DNA of 64,000 nt from Carcharhinus amblyrhynchos (GCA_965287045.1 OZ336870.1:121830001-121894000); one strand, 5' to 3'; counted from the stretch's first letter, positions 14,591 through 27,410 are shown. Made by a program: numbers and translations. Notes: generated by a model from the letters alone, not told the origin.

Positions 14591-14770
14591 TATGATCTTT
14601 GATGTTCCACTTCTTAATTTACTGCCTATCTTTCCATATTGACTATGAAGAACCTCCTTCCTAGTCATGCCTATGTCATTGGTGCCCACAAGACCATGAT
14701 AACTGGACTCTCCCCTCCCCCCTATACGTTCCTCTTCCTGAGCTGATGTCCTGAACCCTGGCAACTGGCA
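14590..14770 (-). mobile_element. CR1 ORF1 esterase (SGNH-like) fragment
   Basis: Translation LVGTNDIGMTRKEVL...GSKLRSGTSKII matches the CR1 ORF1 'HVGTNDIG' motif. Confidence 0.65.
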
Positions 14771-15401
14771 GGAACATCTGGACTCTCAATCATTGCTAAA
14801 AATAACTGTGTCAATAGCTATTTTTGTACAGTTCTCTAGGACCATTACATTCCTTCTTTCTCCCTCCATTTAAATGGCTTCCTGTGCCACAGTGGACTGG
14901 TCAGTCATCTCAACCAACCGGCAGTCCCCACTCTCATCCAAGCTGAAAGAACCTCAAACCAATTAGACAATTGCAGAAGCTAACACTCCTGCATTCCCGC
15001 CATGCTGGGTCCTCTTAGCGCCCTCAGTTACAGTCACAGCCTCTTCTCACTGACCACCTTCCGAACCAGAAGACCCTGTCTGAAGGGATGTGACTGCATC
15101 CGTGTACAAAATGTCCAGTGATCTCCCCTCTGATGCGTCCATAGTATCCACAGTGACATTTGCTGTAACTCTGTCCTCAGCCAGCTCACACTACACTGAA
15201 TGTGGATCAGTATCCTTCCCTAATCTGGATGCCAAAACTGACACTCCGACAAATTTGAAAAAGTTCTGTTTGGGATAAGATATAAGTTTTAGATGATATT
15301 GAACATTTTAGTTGCATCGGAGAAGTGAAAACAGCATTCAAAGCTTTTTATTGTAGTTGCTGGCCAAAAATGGACATACTATTGTGTATCTCAGGCATCA
15401 T

Positions 15402-16159
15402 GGCCTGGATTTTATGGCATGCCTGCCAGCATATTTGAAGGCAGTAGGCACTATAAAATAAAACACATGGCGTATCTACCATTTTCCCAGCCAACGCTGA
15501 TCTATCTCCCATATTATGGTGAGCAAAGAAGGCATCAGGCAGCCTGACCACCTTTGAACCGATTGAGATCCTTAAGTCTACAATTATTGGCAACTGAAGG
15601 GTCTCATTCTGCTACTGCCACTATTTTACCCTTGGTAGGGGAAGGCAGAGGGTAGGCAGATAATACAGCAGTCTCCAGTGCTGTTGGGCAAAAAGGGAGG
15701 ACCTTCTTTTGTGGAGAGGAGGGAGGGAGGGGACAGCACCCCCTCCCTGAGGTAACCTCCTCCCCCCCTTTAACTTTCCAAACCTTCCCCCAGCCTTGGG
15801 CCACTCAATCCCAGCCCCTCACTCCCCTATATTCTCCTTGATAGGATTTGCCAAGTTTATCCCAGACACACCATGATCCACTACTTCTTCTTAGGCAATG
15901 CCTGTTGCCCCATCGTTGGCCACTGCTTGAACTTGGAGCAGCTGGGACTATAGAGCTACTGGCCACTCAAATTGACTGGAAGCTCTCCAAGCAGGACTTC
16001 CTTCAAGCATGGAGCAGAAATCTCACCCTGAAAAAATTAAAGCTGTTCCCAACATAAAATGGCTGTGGAGCACATGGCTTGCCAGTGAACAACCAATGGT
16101 GATGACCAACTTTTCAGTTGCTTTAGGTGGTGATGGGAGTGTCCCATAAAATCCAACCC
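15402..16159. mobile_element. Non-autonomous TIR element (Harbinger-type MITE candidate)
   Basis: Left end GGCCTGGATTTTATGG (15402-15417) matches the reverse complement of the right end CCATAAAATCCAACCC (16144-16159) at 14/16. No clear TSD. Confidence 0.5.
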
Positions 16160-16244
16160 CTCTTTTTTGAATGGGAAACCAAACAAAGTGAGTCACTAAC
16201 AATCGTTTCCCCAATTTAAACAATTGAAATTTCTTTGGAAATCC

Positions 16245-16790
16245 TTCATGTACCCCTAGATCTCTTTGTTCTGTAACTCTCCCCAACACCTTACCATTAA
16301 CTGAGTAAGTCCTGCCCTGGTGCAATCTACCAAAATGCATCACCTCGTATTTGTATAAATTAAACTCCATCTGCCATTCGTCAGCCCACTGACCCAATTG
16401 ATCAAGATCCTGTTGCAATTGGAGATAACTTTCTTCACTATCCACTGTGCCATCAGTCTTAGTGTCATCTGCAAACTTACAAACCATGCCTCCAATATTC
16501 TCATCCAAATCATTAGTATAAATGACAAAAAAACAGTGGACCTAGCCTGATCCTCCAGTTTGAAAAACAACCCTTCACAACCACCCTCTGGCTTCTGTCA
16601 AGAAGCTAATTTTGTATCTATTTAGCTATTTCAGCCTGGATCCCATGACATTTAACCTTATGGAACAACTTACCATGTGGTACCTTGTCAAAGGCCTTGC
16701 TAAAGTCTATGTAGACAACATCAACTGCACTGCCCTCATCTACCTTATTGGTTACTCCTTCAAAAAAAACTTTATCAAATTTGTGAGACA
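16245..16790 (-). mobile_element. CR1 LINE RT fragment
   Basis: ORF 16023-16508 MVCKFADDTK...LQQDLDQLGQWADEWQMEFN...EQRDLGVH. Confidence 0.9.
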
Positions 16791-17184
16791 TCTAAAAACA
16801 ATCTCAGGATCTCTCCTTGTGTAAGAATTATGCTTCACACCTTTCACAAATCTAGGTAGAACCTACAATCTGTGACAAATACTAAGTTACTACATTCCCA
16901 TTGGCGCAGTATGTACATATAATTGCAATTAGCATCATTATGAAGGTTTCTTTACTAACATAGAAATCATACTGAAATTTTCCAGCTGTTCCCGCCAGCA
17001 GGGCCTTCCAGTCCTGCTGAAGTTGACCCCCCCTCCCCCCGCCACACTGTTGCAGCTTCCCTGACAGCAAAGGGTGAAAACAAACAAAAGGAAAATTCAT
17101 TGACAGCGGTAGGACTGGAAGATCCCGCTGCCAACCAATCAAGGGCTGCCACTGCAAAACACAGCGCAGGGAGGTTGAAAAATC

Positions 17185-17586
17185 CAATCCATACAACCAT
17201 AAAATCCCTACAATGCAGCAGGAGGAGATTAGGCCCATTGAGTCTGCAGTAATTCTCTGAAAGAGCACCTTACTCAGGCCCAATATCTGCCCCCTCCCCC
17301 CACAACCTCTAGTCCCCACCCCACCATTAGCCTTTCTCCATAACCCCGTATGTTTACAATGACTAATCCACATAACCTACACATTTCTGGACATCAAGAG
17401 GCAATTTGGTTTGGCCAATCCATCTAAACTGCATATCTTTAGACTGTGGGAGGAAATTGAAGAACCAAGAGAAACCCATGCAGACACAGGGAGATAGTGC
17501 AAACTCTACACAGAATTCACCCAAAGCCATATTGAACCCTGGTGCTGTGAGGCAGCAGTGCTAACCACTGTGCCACGGTGCTGCCC
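17185..17586 (-). mobile_element. V-SINE (HE1-like), near full length
   Basis: Minus strand begins GGGCAGCACCGTGGCACAGTGGTTAGCACTGCTGCCTCACAGCACCAGGGTTCAA (tRNA A/B boxes), followed by the V-domain and a CR1-like tail. Confidence 0.85.
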
Positions 17587-17698
17587 CTTGTTTTCAATCA
17601 GATGAGGAGTGGAGTGATGGCTCCTCTGTTTTCTCACTCCTAGATGGAATTTTATGGCCCCTCCTGTGGCAGAATTTCATATTCCCATTGAAGTCAAT

Positions 17699-18419
17699 CG
17701 GGGTCCTTGTGCATGAGTCGCAAAAACCCAGCCTGCAGGTGCAGCAGGTGGTCAGGAAGGCTAATGGGATGCTGGCCTTCATAGCGAGGGGGATTGAATA
17801 TAAAAGTAGGAAGGTCTTGCTGCAGCTGTATAGGGCACTGGTGAGGCCGCAGCTGGAGTACTGTGTGCAGTTTTGGTTGCCGCACTTACGCAAGGATATT
17901 TTGGCCTTGGAGGGAGTGCAGAGGAGGTTTACTAGGCTGATTCCGGAGTTGAGGGGGTTGAACTATAAGGAGAGGCTGAATAAACTAGGCTTGTACTTGT
18001 TAGAGTTTAGAAGAATGAGGGGAGGTCTCATTGAGACATATAAGATGTTGAATGGGATGGATAGGATAGAGGTGGAGAGGCTCTTCCCGCTCAGAAAGGA
18101 CAGTAGGACTAGAGGGCACAGCCTCAAGATAAAGGGGGGGCAGTTTAGAACGGAGTTGAGGAGGAACTTCTTCACTCAAAGGGTGGTGAATCTCTGGAAT
18201 TCTCTGCCTGTTGAAGTGGTGGAGGCTGCCTCGCTCAATATTTTTAAGACGCGGGTTGATAGGTTTTTGATAGGCAAGGGGATTAAGGGTTATGGGGAGA
18301 GGGCGGGAATGTGGAACTGAGCCACAACAGATCAGCCATGATCTTATTGAATGGCAGGGCAGGCTCGAGGGGCTAGATGGCTTACTCCTGCTCCTATTTC
18401 TTATGTTCTTATGTTCTTA
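17699..18419 (+). mobile_element. Young 5'-truncated CR1 LINE (copy A)
   Basis: Uninterrupted ORF2 C-terminal frame (17688-18320), then a 3' UTR and (TTCTTATG)n tail. Confidence 0.95.
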
Positions 18420-18444
18420 AGTTTTAAATAGCTCACCACTAAAT

Positions 18445-19225
18445 GTTTAAATGTTAGCAAGTGTGAGGTTATCCACTTTGGAAGAAATAATAGTAGGAGG
18501 GATTATTATTTAAAAGGTGAAAAGCTGCAGCATGCTACGGTGCAGAGGGACCTGGGGGTCCTTGTGCACGAATCGCAAAAACCCAGTCTGCAGGTGCAGC
18601 AGGTGATCAAGAAGGCGAATGGAATATTGGCCTTTATAACGAGGGGGATAGAATATAAAAGCAGGGAGGTCTTGCTGCAACTGTACAGGGTACTGGTGAG
18701 GCTGCAACTGGAGTACTGTGTGCAGAGAAGGTTCTCTAGGCTGATACTGGAGATGAGGGTGTTAGCCTATGAAGAGAGACTGAATAGACAGGTCTGTACT
18801 CGTTGGAGTTTAGAAGGCTGAGGGGGGATCTTATTGAGACATACAAGATAATGAAGGGGATAGATAGGGTAGAGGTAGAGAGATTCTTCCCACTTAGAAA
18901 GGATAGCAGGACTAGAGGGCACAGCCTCAAAGTAAGTGGGGGGGGGGTGCAGTTTAGATCGGAGTTGAGGAGGAACTTCTTCACTCAAAGGGTGATGAAT
19001 CTCTGGAATTCTCTGCTCGTTGAAGTGGTGGAGGCTACCTCGCTGAATATATTGAAGTCACGGTTAGATAGGTTTTTGACAGACAAGGGAATTAAGGGTT
19101 ATGGGGAGAAAGCAGGAAAGTCGAACTGATCCACTTCAGATCAGCCATGATCTTATTGAATGGCGGGTCAGGCTCGAAGGGCTAGATGGCCTACTCCTGC
19201 TCCTACTTATGTTCTTATGTTCTTA
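18445..19225 (+). mobile_element. 5'-truncated CR1 LINE (copy B), tandem to copy A
   Basis: Starts KCEVIHFGR...QRDLGVLVHES, has the same 3' UTR and TTCTTATG tail, and carries an internal deletion and a frameshift. Confidence 0.93.
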
Positions 19226-20724
19226 AGTACCACATTTTACAGCCCTGCATAAAATTCCATGCCTAGTTTCTCTGCAAGTTTCTTAAAAAGAGGACTTGCT
19301 TGCCAATTTAGTAAGTGTTTACATGCTGTGATTATAAAAGATACATGCAGACAGGTTTTTTATTGTGCATAACCTGGCCAAGGAAAATAATAAAAAATGA
19401 TCCAACTTCCACAGACACATTCAAAGTTCACATTCACACAAATAGATTACAAAGTGAGAGGATTGTTTAAGCAATTTAAAGTCTGGTAAAAGTTAAAGGT
19501 TTAAATACAGTTCATAAAGGATAGTGACTGGACTGGTTTCATGGTGGCCCTCCTGGGTAGGAATGGAGGCAGTTTAAAGATTTAATGGGCTATTTATCTG
19601 TTTTTCTGAAGGTGGCAGATGCGGAATTTAATTTTTAAAAAATCTGTTTGTGTCACATGGAGAGTCAAAATACAGCAGAGTTCAAAACTTGCACATGTTT
19701 GGATAGAGGAAAACCAACACAGAGATCTTGTTTCTTTAGCATTTCATATGCCTATGCGAAGAAAACAGGTGCTCAAACACACAAAAAGTGACCCTCTCTC
19801 TCCGACTTCCAAATTACCCGAAAAATGGTTATAGCATAATGGGTTACAGATGTATGGTTTCATGATTAGATGATGTCTAGCCAAATTAATTTGACAGTCA
19901 AAGTCCAAGTGATAGTGGTTTGTCTCCACCCAGTTGAGTATTCAGGTGATTGTCTGGATGTTTTGCCAGCAGGATAGGAGATGATTGCCGTTCAAACTCC
20001 TTCAAGGAATTGTTTCTGGACACTTTGCAGATTGATTGTCTCCTTTTCAATGGCTTTGGAATGCAGACAGCAGCATAATGTGGATGTTCAACTATCTTTG
20101 GTTGTCCATGGAAAATGGTTTCATCCTTTTTTTTAACCTATTAGCGATTTCCAGCCCATAAATTCATAAAGTTATTTTTCATAACAGTTTCAATATTCAT
20201 AATAGTTTAAATCAAAATAATGGGCAACATATTTTTCTAACAAGCTAATTTGTCTACAAAGTTTGAAATTCTGTGTGCTCCAATGACTTATAAAAGGATA
20301 TCATCTCAATAATACATATATATATTAAAGTCTGTGCTCATCTCAGCAAAATCAAAAACTAACTTCTAAGTGGAACAATTAATGGGCTAACTAATCCTTA
20401 CACCATTGCTTTTAAATCCAATCACAAGTCCATCCTCTGTGAGAGTTGCCAGGCTTCAAAGTATACATTGGATATCTTTGTATTATCAAATATCATAAAC
20501 ATTATATGCCAAACTTGGTTCTTATTTGTAAACATATTTTTGAATTGTTTTACTGCAAACTGCTCTCTGGCTTTTGCACTGAACTACACTGAAGCATAGG
20601 TATCATTACACAAGTAAGTAGACAAGTTAATTCTAATTCTACTAACAATATAGGCAAGCAAAACTTCATATGTGAACAACACATACTTTATATAATTTAT
20701 TAAGGCATTTAAATGCTAGATTGT

Positions 20725-20820
20725 AACAGTGACTACACTTCAAAAAGTGCTGAATTGGCTGTAAAGTGCAATGGAGTATCCAGTGGTCATGAAAGGCACT
20801 ACATAAGTATGTATTTCTTC
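20725..20820 (+). mobile_element. SINE/L2-type 3' tail fragment
   Basis: CAGTGACTACACTTCAAAAAG...TTGGCTGTAAAG...GAAAGGCACTACATAAG resembles the 3' end of shark Deu-type SINEs (recalled consensus). Confidence 0.5.
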
Positions 20821-21282
20821 CATTCCCAACTTGAAGCATTCTAGAATAAGGTCTGTTACTATGATTTTTGTATTTCTTCTTCCATACACTAACAGTCCCC
20901 CACTCATTTATGTGCCTCCAGTGGCACTTTTTACTATGATGCTACTGTTGGTCAAAAGAAAATCGTATCAATCAGAGCCCAAGATTCCATTAATATTTTC
21001 AGAAATCTAAGCTCAAATCCAACGGAGGAAACTACTTGCAAGTTCTTTTTTCCTCACAGTATTTTTGAACTAAAAGATCAAAAAAACCATTGGATATTAC
21101 TGCAGCATTAAGGTGAAATCCATTTAGTCTTTTCTTGATTTTGGGCCAGCACAAGCATGACCTTCTATATTGTACAATCCTATCATTTTAATTCTATCCA
21201 TTCATCATTGATTCTCAATGATTTTTGTTTAGGTTTCTCTATTTTTATGTACTTTTCATAGCTTATAACTCATTGTAGTTAT

Positions 21283-21918
21283 AGGGGGATTGAATATAAA
21301 AGTAGGGAGGTCTTGCTGCAGCTGTATAGGGCATTGGTGAGGCCGCAGCTGGAGTACTGTGTGCAGTTTTGGGCGCCGCACCTGCGCAAAGATATTTTGG
21401 CCTTGGAGGGAGTGCAGAGGAGGTTTACTAGGCTGATACCGGAGTTGAGGGGGTTGAGCTATGAGGAGAGGCTGAATAAACTGGGCTTGTACTCGTTAGA
21501 GTTTAGAAGAATGAAGGGAGATCTCATTGAGACGTATAAGATGATGAATGGGATGGATAGGATAGAGGTGGAAAGACTCTTCCCGCTCAAAAAAGACAGT
21601 AGGACTAGGGGGCACAGCCTCAAGATAAAAGGGGGGCGGTTTAGAACGGAGTTGAGGAGGAACTTCTTCACTCAAAGGGTGGTGAATCTCTGGAATTCTC
21701 TGCCCGTTGAAGTGGTGGAGGCTGCCTCGCTAAATATTTTTAAGACGCGGGTTGATGGGTTTTTGATAGGAGAGGGGATTAAGGGTTATGGGGAGAGGGC
21801 GGGAAAGTGGAACTGAGCAGCGACAGATCAGCCATGATCTTATTGAATGGCGGGGCAGGCTCGAAGGGCTGGATGGCCTACTCCTGCTCCTATTTCTTAT
21901 GTTCTTATGTTCTTATGT
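21283..21918 (+). mobile_element. Young 5'-truncated CR1 LINE (copy C) with target-site duplication
   Basis: Open ORF2 C-terminus (21313-21816) nearly identical to copy A. TTCTTATG tail. TGTAGTTAT flanks both sides (21274-21282 and 21916-21924). Confidence 0.95.
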
Positions 21919-23379
21919 AGTTATTTAGCTGAACTATAAGTGCCCTGTTTCATATGTTTCTTTCCCCTTATTCATGTTCTTTATCTATTTTCATTAAAGT
22001 GAAATCTGCTTGTTTGTTTCATTTATTGTTATTTCATTCGTGTACTTTTCTGCCCAGATTCTAACTTATGATTTCCTCTGCTAAACTGTTTTACTTAATT
22101 TCTTCCTCTTTCCCCCTCTCACATTAAGATCTAGCAAGGGTAGCAAGAAGTAAAGATTATAGACAAAGAAAGACCACTTAAGAGTTTAAAATGTTTAGAA
22201 CAGTACTGACAGAGGTAAGTGCAACACCTATGGAACAAAGAGTCTTGGTAGGGAATAAAACTAAAAAGTACAGAAAATATTCAAAATAATGAGAGGACAG
22301 AGCAGTAGCAGAAGAAATAATGGGCACTGAATTATTTGAAGAAGCAGGAAATCAGAATGGACATAAATATTGAATCAAAATAAGAAAGAGATGGCAAACA
22401 AGTGCAAAGAAGATTGGAGATGGAGGAGACCTGATATTAGTAGATCCAACAGCAGTTCTTTAACAGCATGATAACACAGGACTGCTGTATGTTAGAGGTG
22501 GCAACAGCAGCTGATTTGTTGCTTATTCCTACCAGAGTATTGTTTTACTTCAGAGTTTTTCTTTCATGAAATACAGAGAAGATGAAAAATTCATAATAAA
22601 CATAAAAAGCTCTTATTTCTATTACCTATACTAACTTTTCCTGCCAACTGTTTTAAACATAGATTATTTGACATTATTTGATACAATGATATATAATTAC
22701 AGACAGAATAAACACCTAAGAGTCTTTATATGTCTCACCAAAATTTCAATTTGACATTAAAAAGCTTACTGTAAAATTGATGCTAATTTCTCTTTTAAAC
22801 CTATGTTGTTTTGAGCTCTCTATGAACTTCAATTGTTGATACAAATCAAATAATTGCAGTTTAAAACAAAATCATTGCCAGGCTTTGTTTGTATAATTTA
22901 AGCAATTTAAAGTTAGAAATTATTAACTGTTCCCAACAAATAAAAAGAATTTTGCAGGAATTGGATACCCATATTTAAATAAGACACCAGGGCTGATTGT
23001 CACTGCATATAATCATAGACCTTATGCTGTACATATCACACAAAATTTTGCAATGTGTTTTTACATCATTGTTAACTTATGAGTGGTCCCATTTTACTGA
23101 TTTTCTATTCAGGTTTCCCATTCTTATTATGGACACTGAGGAGTATTTGGTCACTTGCAATACATCAGAACAAGCAAAATTTGAAATATAACTGAACAAA
23201 ATGGAGGTCACAGACCATTTTAGTGGTTGAGGCAAACTGGACCAGCAAAGAAAATACTACATGTAAATTTTTAAAATGCAGTATTTGAATTCAATGGTGT
23301 ACGTGCAATTTCCGAGTATGTTCTAACGCTTTTTGATTGCAGATGGGCTTAGATATCTCATTGCAACAAAGCAAATGGC

Positions 23380-24730
23380 ATACAGTCATAGAGTTGTACA
23401 GCATTGAAAAGGCCCTTTGGTCCATCGAGTCTGCAGCAACAATAACTAGCAAAGTCGCACTAATCCCATTTTCCAGCACTTGTCCCATGTCCTTGAATGT
23501 TATGAAGTTTTAAGTGCTCATCCAAATGCTTATTATAGTTGTAAGGTTTCCAGCCTCTACTACCTTGCCAGACAGTGCACTCCAGATTCCCATCATCCTC
23601 AGAGTGAAAAAGATTTTTTCTAATATCCTCTCTGAAATCTCCTGTCTGTTACCCAAAAACAATGCCCCCTTCTGATTGACCCCTCAACCAAGGGGAACAG
23701 CTGCTTCCTATTCACCCCGTCCATAAACTTATGCGCCTCAATTATGCTCCCCACCTCCCTCAGCTTTCTCTGCTCCAGAGGAAACAATCCAGCCTATCCA
23801 GTCTCTCCTGATAACTGAATGTTCCATCCCAGGCAACATCCTGTTGAATCTCCTCTGGACCTCTCTAGCACAATCACGTCCTTCCTATAGTGAGATGGCC
23901 AGAACTGCAAACAGTTCTCCAGCTGTGACTTAACCAACATTGTATACAGCTCCAACATTACCTCCGAGCTCTTATACTTTATTCCATGACTATTAAAGAA
24001 TCACAGATGTCATCTTAACCACCATACTCACCTGCTTTGCCGCCGCCTTGTATCCATGATTAAGTTCTTTATGATCCCTCTGTTCCTCTGAGCTTTCTAG
24101 TGTCCTGCCATTCATTAAATACTCCCTTGTCTTGATACTTCTTCCAAAAGTGCATCACCTTACACTTATCGTAGTTAAATCCATCTGCTACAGCTCTGCC
24201 CATCTGACCAATCCATCTATATCTTCCAGTATCCTACCACCTCCTTCTTCATTATTAACTACCCTCCCAATCCTGGTGTCACCTGTAAACTTGCTTATCA
24301 CTACCCCAACATTATCATTTAAATGATTTATGTATATAACAAACAATAAAAGACCCAACACTGAATCTTGTGGTCTGCCACGAGACACTGGCCCCCAGTC
24401 ATTCAAACAGTCTTCTACCACTACCCTTTACATTCTATTACTAAGCCAGTTTTAGATCCATTTCACCAAGTTTCCTTGAATTACATGAGTTTCAACCTTC
24501 TCAGTCAGTCTTTCATGTGGGATCTCATCAAAGGCTTTGTGAAATCATTATAAACAACATCAACTGCACTTCACTCATCCACATTATCACATCTTTGAAA
24601 AATATTACAAATTTGTTAGGCATCACTTCCCTCTAACAAACCCATGCTGACCATGCCTAATTAACCTAAGCCTTTCCAAGTGATGATTAATTCTCTCCTT
24701 CAGAATTTTCTCCAATAATTTCCTACCAAT
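23380..24730 (-). mobile_element. Old CR1 LINE 3' portion
   Basis: ORF 24188-24421 GRPQDSVLGLLLFVIYIN...ISKFTGDT (RT motifs), with a CR1-type 3' tail near 23385-23430. Confidence 0.88.
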
Positions 24731-26063
24731 GTCCTAGTTGTACCAAAGGGGCAGTCAGGCCAAATGGAAATTGGAAGATTTCCCAGGTTTTCCTGTGAAT
24801 TATTCCTTTGTACGGAAAGTGCTATAGGATCAGAAGTTAGAGAAAAATAGGTACCACATATCATTCTTGTGTTAAAATTAGCCACTTGGGGAATTAATTC
24901 ATTCCAATTGGGGGAATGAGCAATGGACAACAAATTGCAAAACTGTGACAAGCTAGCTTACCTGAAAGGCTCTGAGATTCCCACAGGAAAGGAACTTGAT
25001 GAGGCCCAGATTTTGCAGTTAATGATTAAATCCTGCTTATTGTTGTCTTTGAAGAAATCAGCTCATGAAGATCTAGCAAGCTGTAAAGATTCCATCTTTC
25101 CAAGTGTTAGTTTCATTCTGCTGCCAGCTCCGAGGAACTTGGATGTCTAGCAACAGTGATATCATGAAGCAGGATAAGCAGCCAATCACAATTAAGAATT
25201 CCCATGGATAGCAAGCTAGAAAGCAGCAAGCAGGATTATCATTTACATTTTAAAATTTTATAGAAAGCAAAATAATATACAATTAAGGTCAAGGCTGAAC
25301 TATCAGACAATTATTAATTATTTCAATAATCCATGAAAATTATCGTGGAATAGAGAATTCTTTTCATTTTGCAATATGAAATTAGGTTTTCAAAGGCAAA
25401 ATGCTGCCCCACAGAAATTATGATTGATTAGACCACTAAAACCCAGTTACACACAATGAGAATAACACCATGAAGTGGAAGTTTAGATCAATTCAGTGAT
25501 TTCAAATTGACTTCTATCTGTCAACAGCACACACTGTGAAGTAGTCGGGAATCACTCAGAACTTGTATGTCAAGCAACAGGAGTGAAGAACTTAGAGTCT
25601 GAATTTAAGAGTAGAATTCAAAATGTTATCTAAGAAAGTGATTTTTGTTAAGTTTTTGCAAGTGTGGAAATAGGATACTAAGTGCAGTGGTTGAGACACT
25701 ACAATGGTTCAAGAAAATCAGGATAGAATGGATGAAGGTTCTCCAATTGGTGGTGCAATGAGGGATTTGGAGAGCAAAGTCCCACTCTCTGGAAATAGCT
25801 GAGATAGTAAGGTGTGATTTAAGGCACAGAATGAATAGAAAAGATTATTTATAGTTTCATTTGGAATTACTCAGACAACTTTGAACTAGACGGTTCAAGG
25901 TGGTCAGATGCCAGAATATTTTTCCACATGGCTTTGAAAAAGGCTGGAGTTAGACCAAATGTAGAGCAGACTCCCAATCGTGTTTTCTGAAGCTGATCAC
26001 ATGCGTTTACTAGAATCAAATCCTCAATCTGATTTATGCTGACACTTTTATGTTGATGCTCAC

Positions 26064-26201
26064 CTGAATCTCGTTCATTTCAACGCAAGGATCAGACCAT
26101 AATAGCATCCTTACACATGCAATTTCCCCCTGTGCTTTCCCAAGCGTACTGTACAAGCCTACTTTTTGACTTGCAGCTGTCATGTACGCAATGAGTAGCT
26201 C
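26064..26201 (-). ncRNA. Candidate exon 2 of a divergent minus-strand transcript
   Basis: Acceptor (T)9CCCAG at 26203-26202 and donor CAG|GTGAGC at 26063 bound a 138-nt exon. Confidence 0.4.
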
Positions 26202-26432
26202 CTGGGAAAAAAAAAGTCGTGCCAACCATAAAACAAAGTGTTGCAAGAAACATTTCTACAGTTTGGGGGAATTGCCTGCCACATCCAGGTGTCGCAGGGC
26301 GCTGCCATTCTGAGATACAAACTTGTTCAAATAAGTGGTATTGTGTTTGGAGGGCGCTCATCCCCAAGCCCTCGAGGAAGAAACCAGGCGTCTCCAAAAG
26401 TGGTGGAGAGGAAATGCAATAGCTCATTTTAC

Positions 26433-26760
26433 CTCAGCGATCGGAGGAAACGCGACCCTTTCTGGTCACCGCGGTGCCGGTTATTGACGGAGACGGCGGA
26501 GGGATAACTTCCCGCGCGGAAATCCTCCAGTCATTGTCGTCATTCACGTGCTGGGCCGCTTCCGGCCAGACTGACCCCCGAAAATGGCGCCAAAATGGGC
26601 TCGTGGTGTTGCAGTTAAGCCCTTCATAATAAAAACAGAGCCAATGTGCACAGAACGCCATCTCCATGGTTACTAAGCTTTATAACTATGGATGGATGGA
26701 TGACCTGAGAAATGTTACCAGTCACCCCAGCTGAGTTCTGATGGACCAATAGCCAACTTG
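26433..26760. promoter_or_regulatory. CpG-rich housekeeping-type promoter / first exon of divergent transcript
   Basis: Contains an E2F-like TTCCCGCGCGGAAA (26509), E-box CACGTG (26545), ETS CTTCCGG (26559), YY1-like AAAATGGCG (26581), CCAAT (26641, 26746) and an RFX-like site (26662). A minus-strand donor GAG|GTAAAA lies at 26432. Confidence 0.6.
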
Positions 26761-27089
26761 CATCTATCGGAAGACGCTATGTGGAAACACAATGTGTCAA
26801 TTGATAGATTGAAAACGTAAACATAGTACCTTGTAATGGAATAACCAAAGTCGTGCAACATAAATCCGTTTCACAAAAACCTATGAGTTGTTTTCCTAAT
26901 CCAAGGCGTGGCCTCTGAAACCACTTAATTCTGCTGGTGAATTGTTCTATCAATGATGAAGTCCGACACCATTCGCTGTCCAACAGTTATAGAGACTGTT
27001 GATACGTCAGCAATATGATACTCAATTATTTGCTATTACTCCTAACCGCAATGTTTGCTTTAAACATAGTGAGGGACCAAAAAGACTTG

Positions 27090-27410
27090 GGTCTTTCACC
27101 GTTTTATAGCCTAAGTACTTCAGAAGTGTGGTCACTGCTGTGCCACAATAACAAGGTGCCATAGACAGAAATGTGATCATCTGTTTCCGTGCATTGGATT
27201 ACGAGATAAATATTGGCCAGAACATTAGAGGTAACTTCTACTCTTCTCTGAAATAGTGCCGTGGGATATTTTTCATCCATCTTTGACGAGAGGTGGGAAG
27301 TTGGGTTAACATCTCACTCAAGTCCCTTTGACAATACAGCACTCCCCCGGTGCTGCACGGGAGAGTTTATTTTACATCCAAGTCCTAAAATTATGTTTGA
27401 ATCCACATCC
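27090..27410 (-). mobile_element. Ancient Deu-domain SINE (SacSINE1/AmnSINE-like) remnant
   Basis: CTCTTCTCTGAAATAGTGCCGTGGGATATTTTTCATCCA...GACAATACAGCACTCCC resembles the recalled Deu-SINE core. Confidence 0.55.

Noticed and set aside
17688-18320. 210-aa ORF, and the similar 167-aa ORF at 21313-21816, as host genes
   Set aside because: Both are C-terminal parts of CR1 ORF2 in 5'-truncated insertions with LINE tails.
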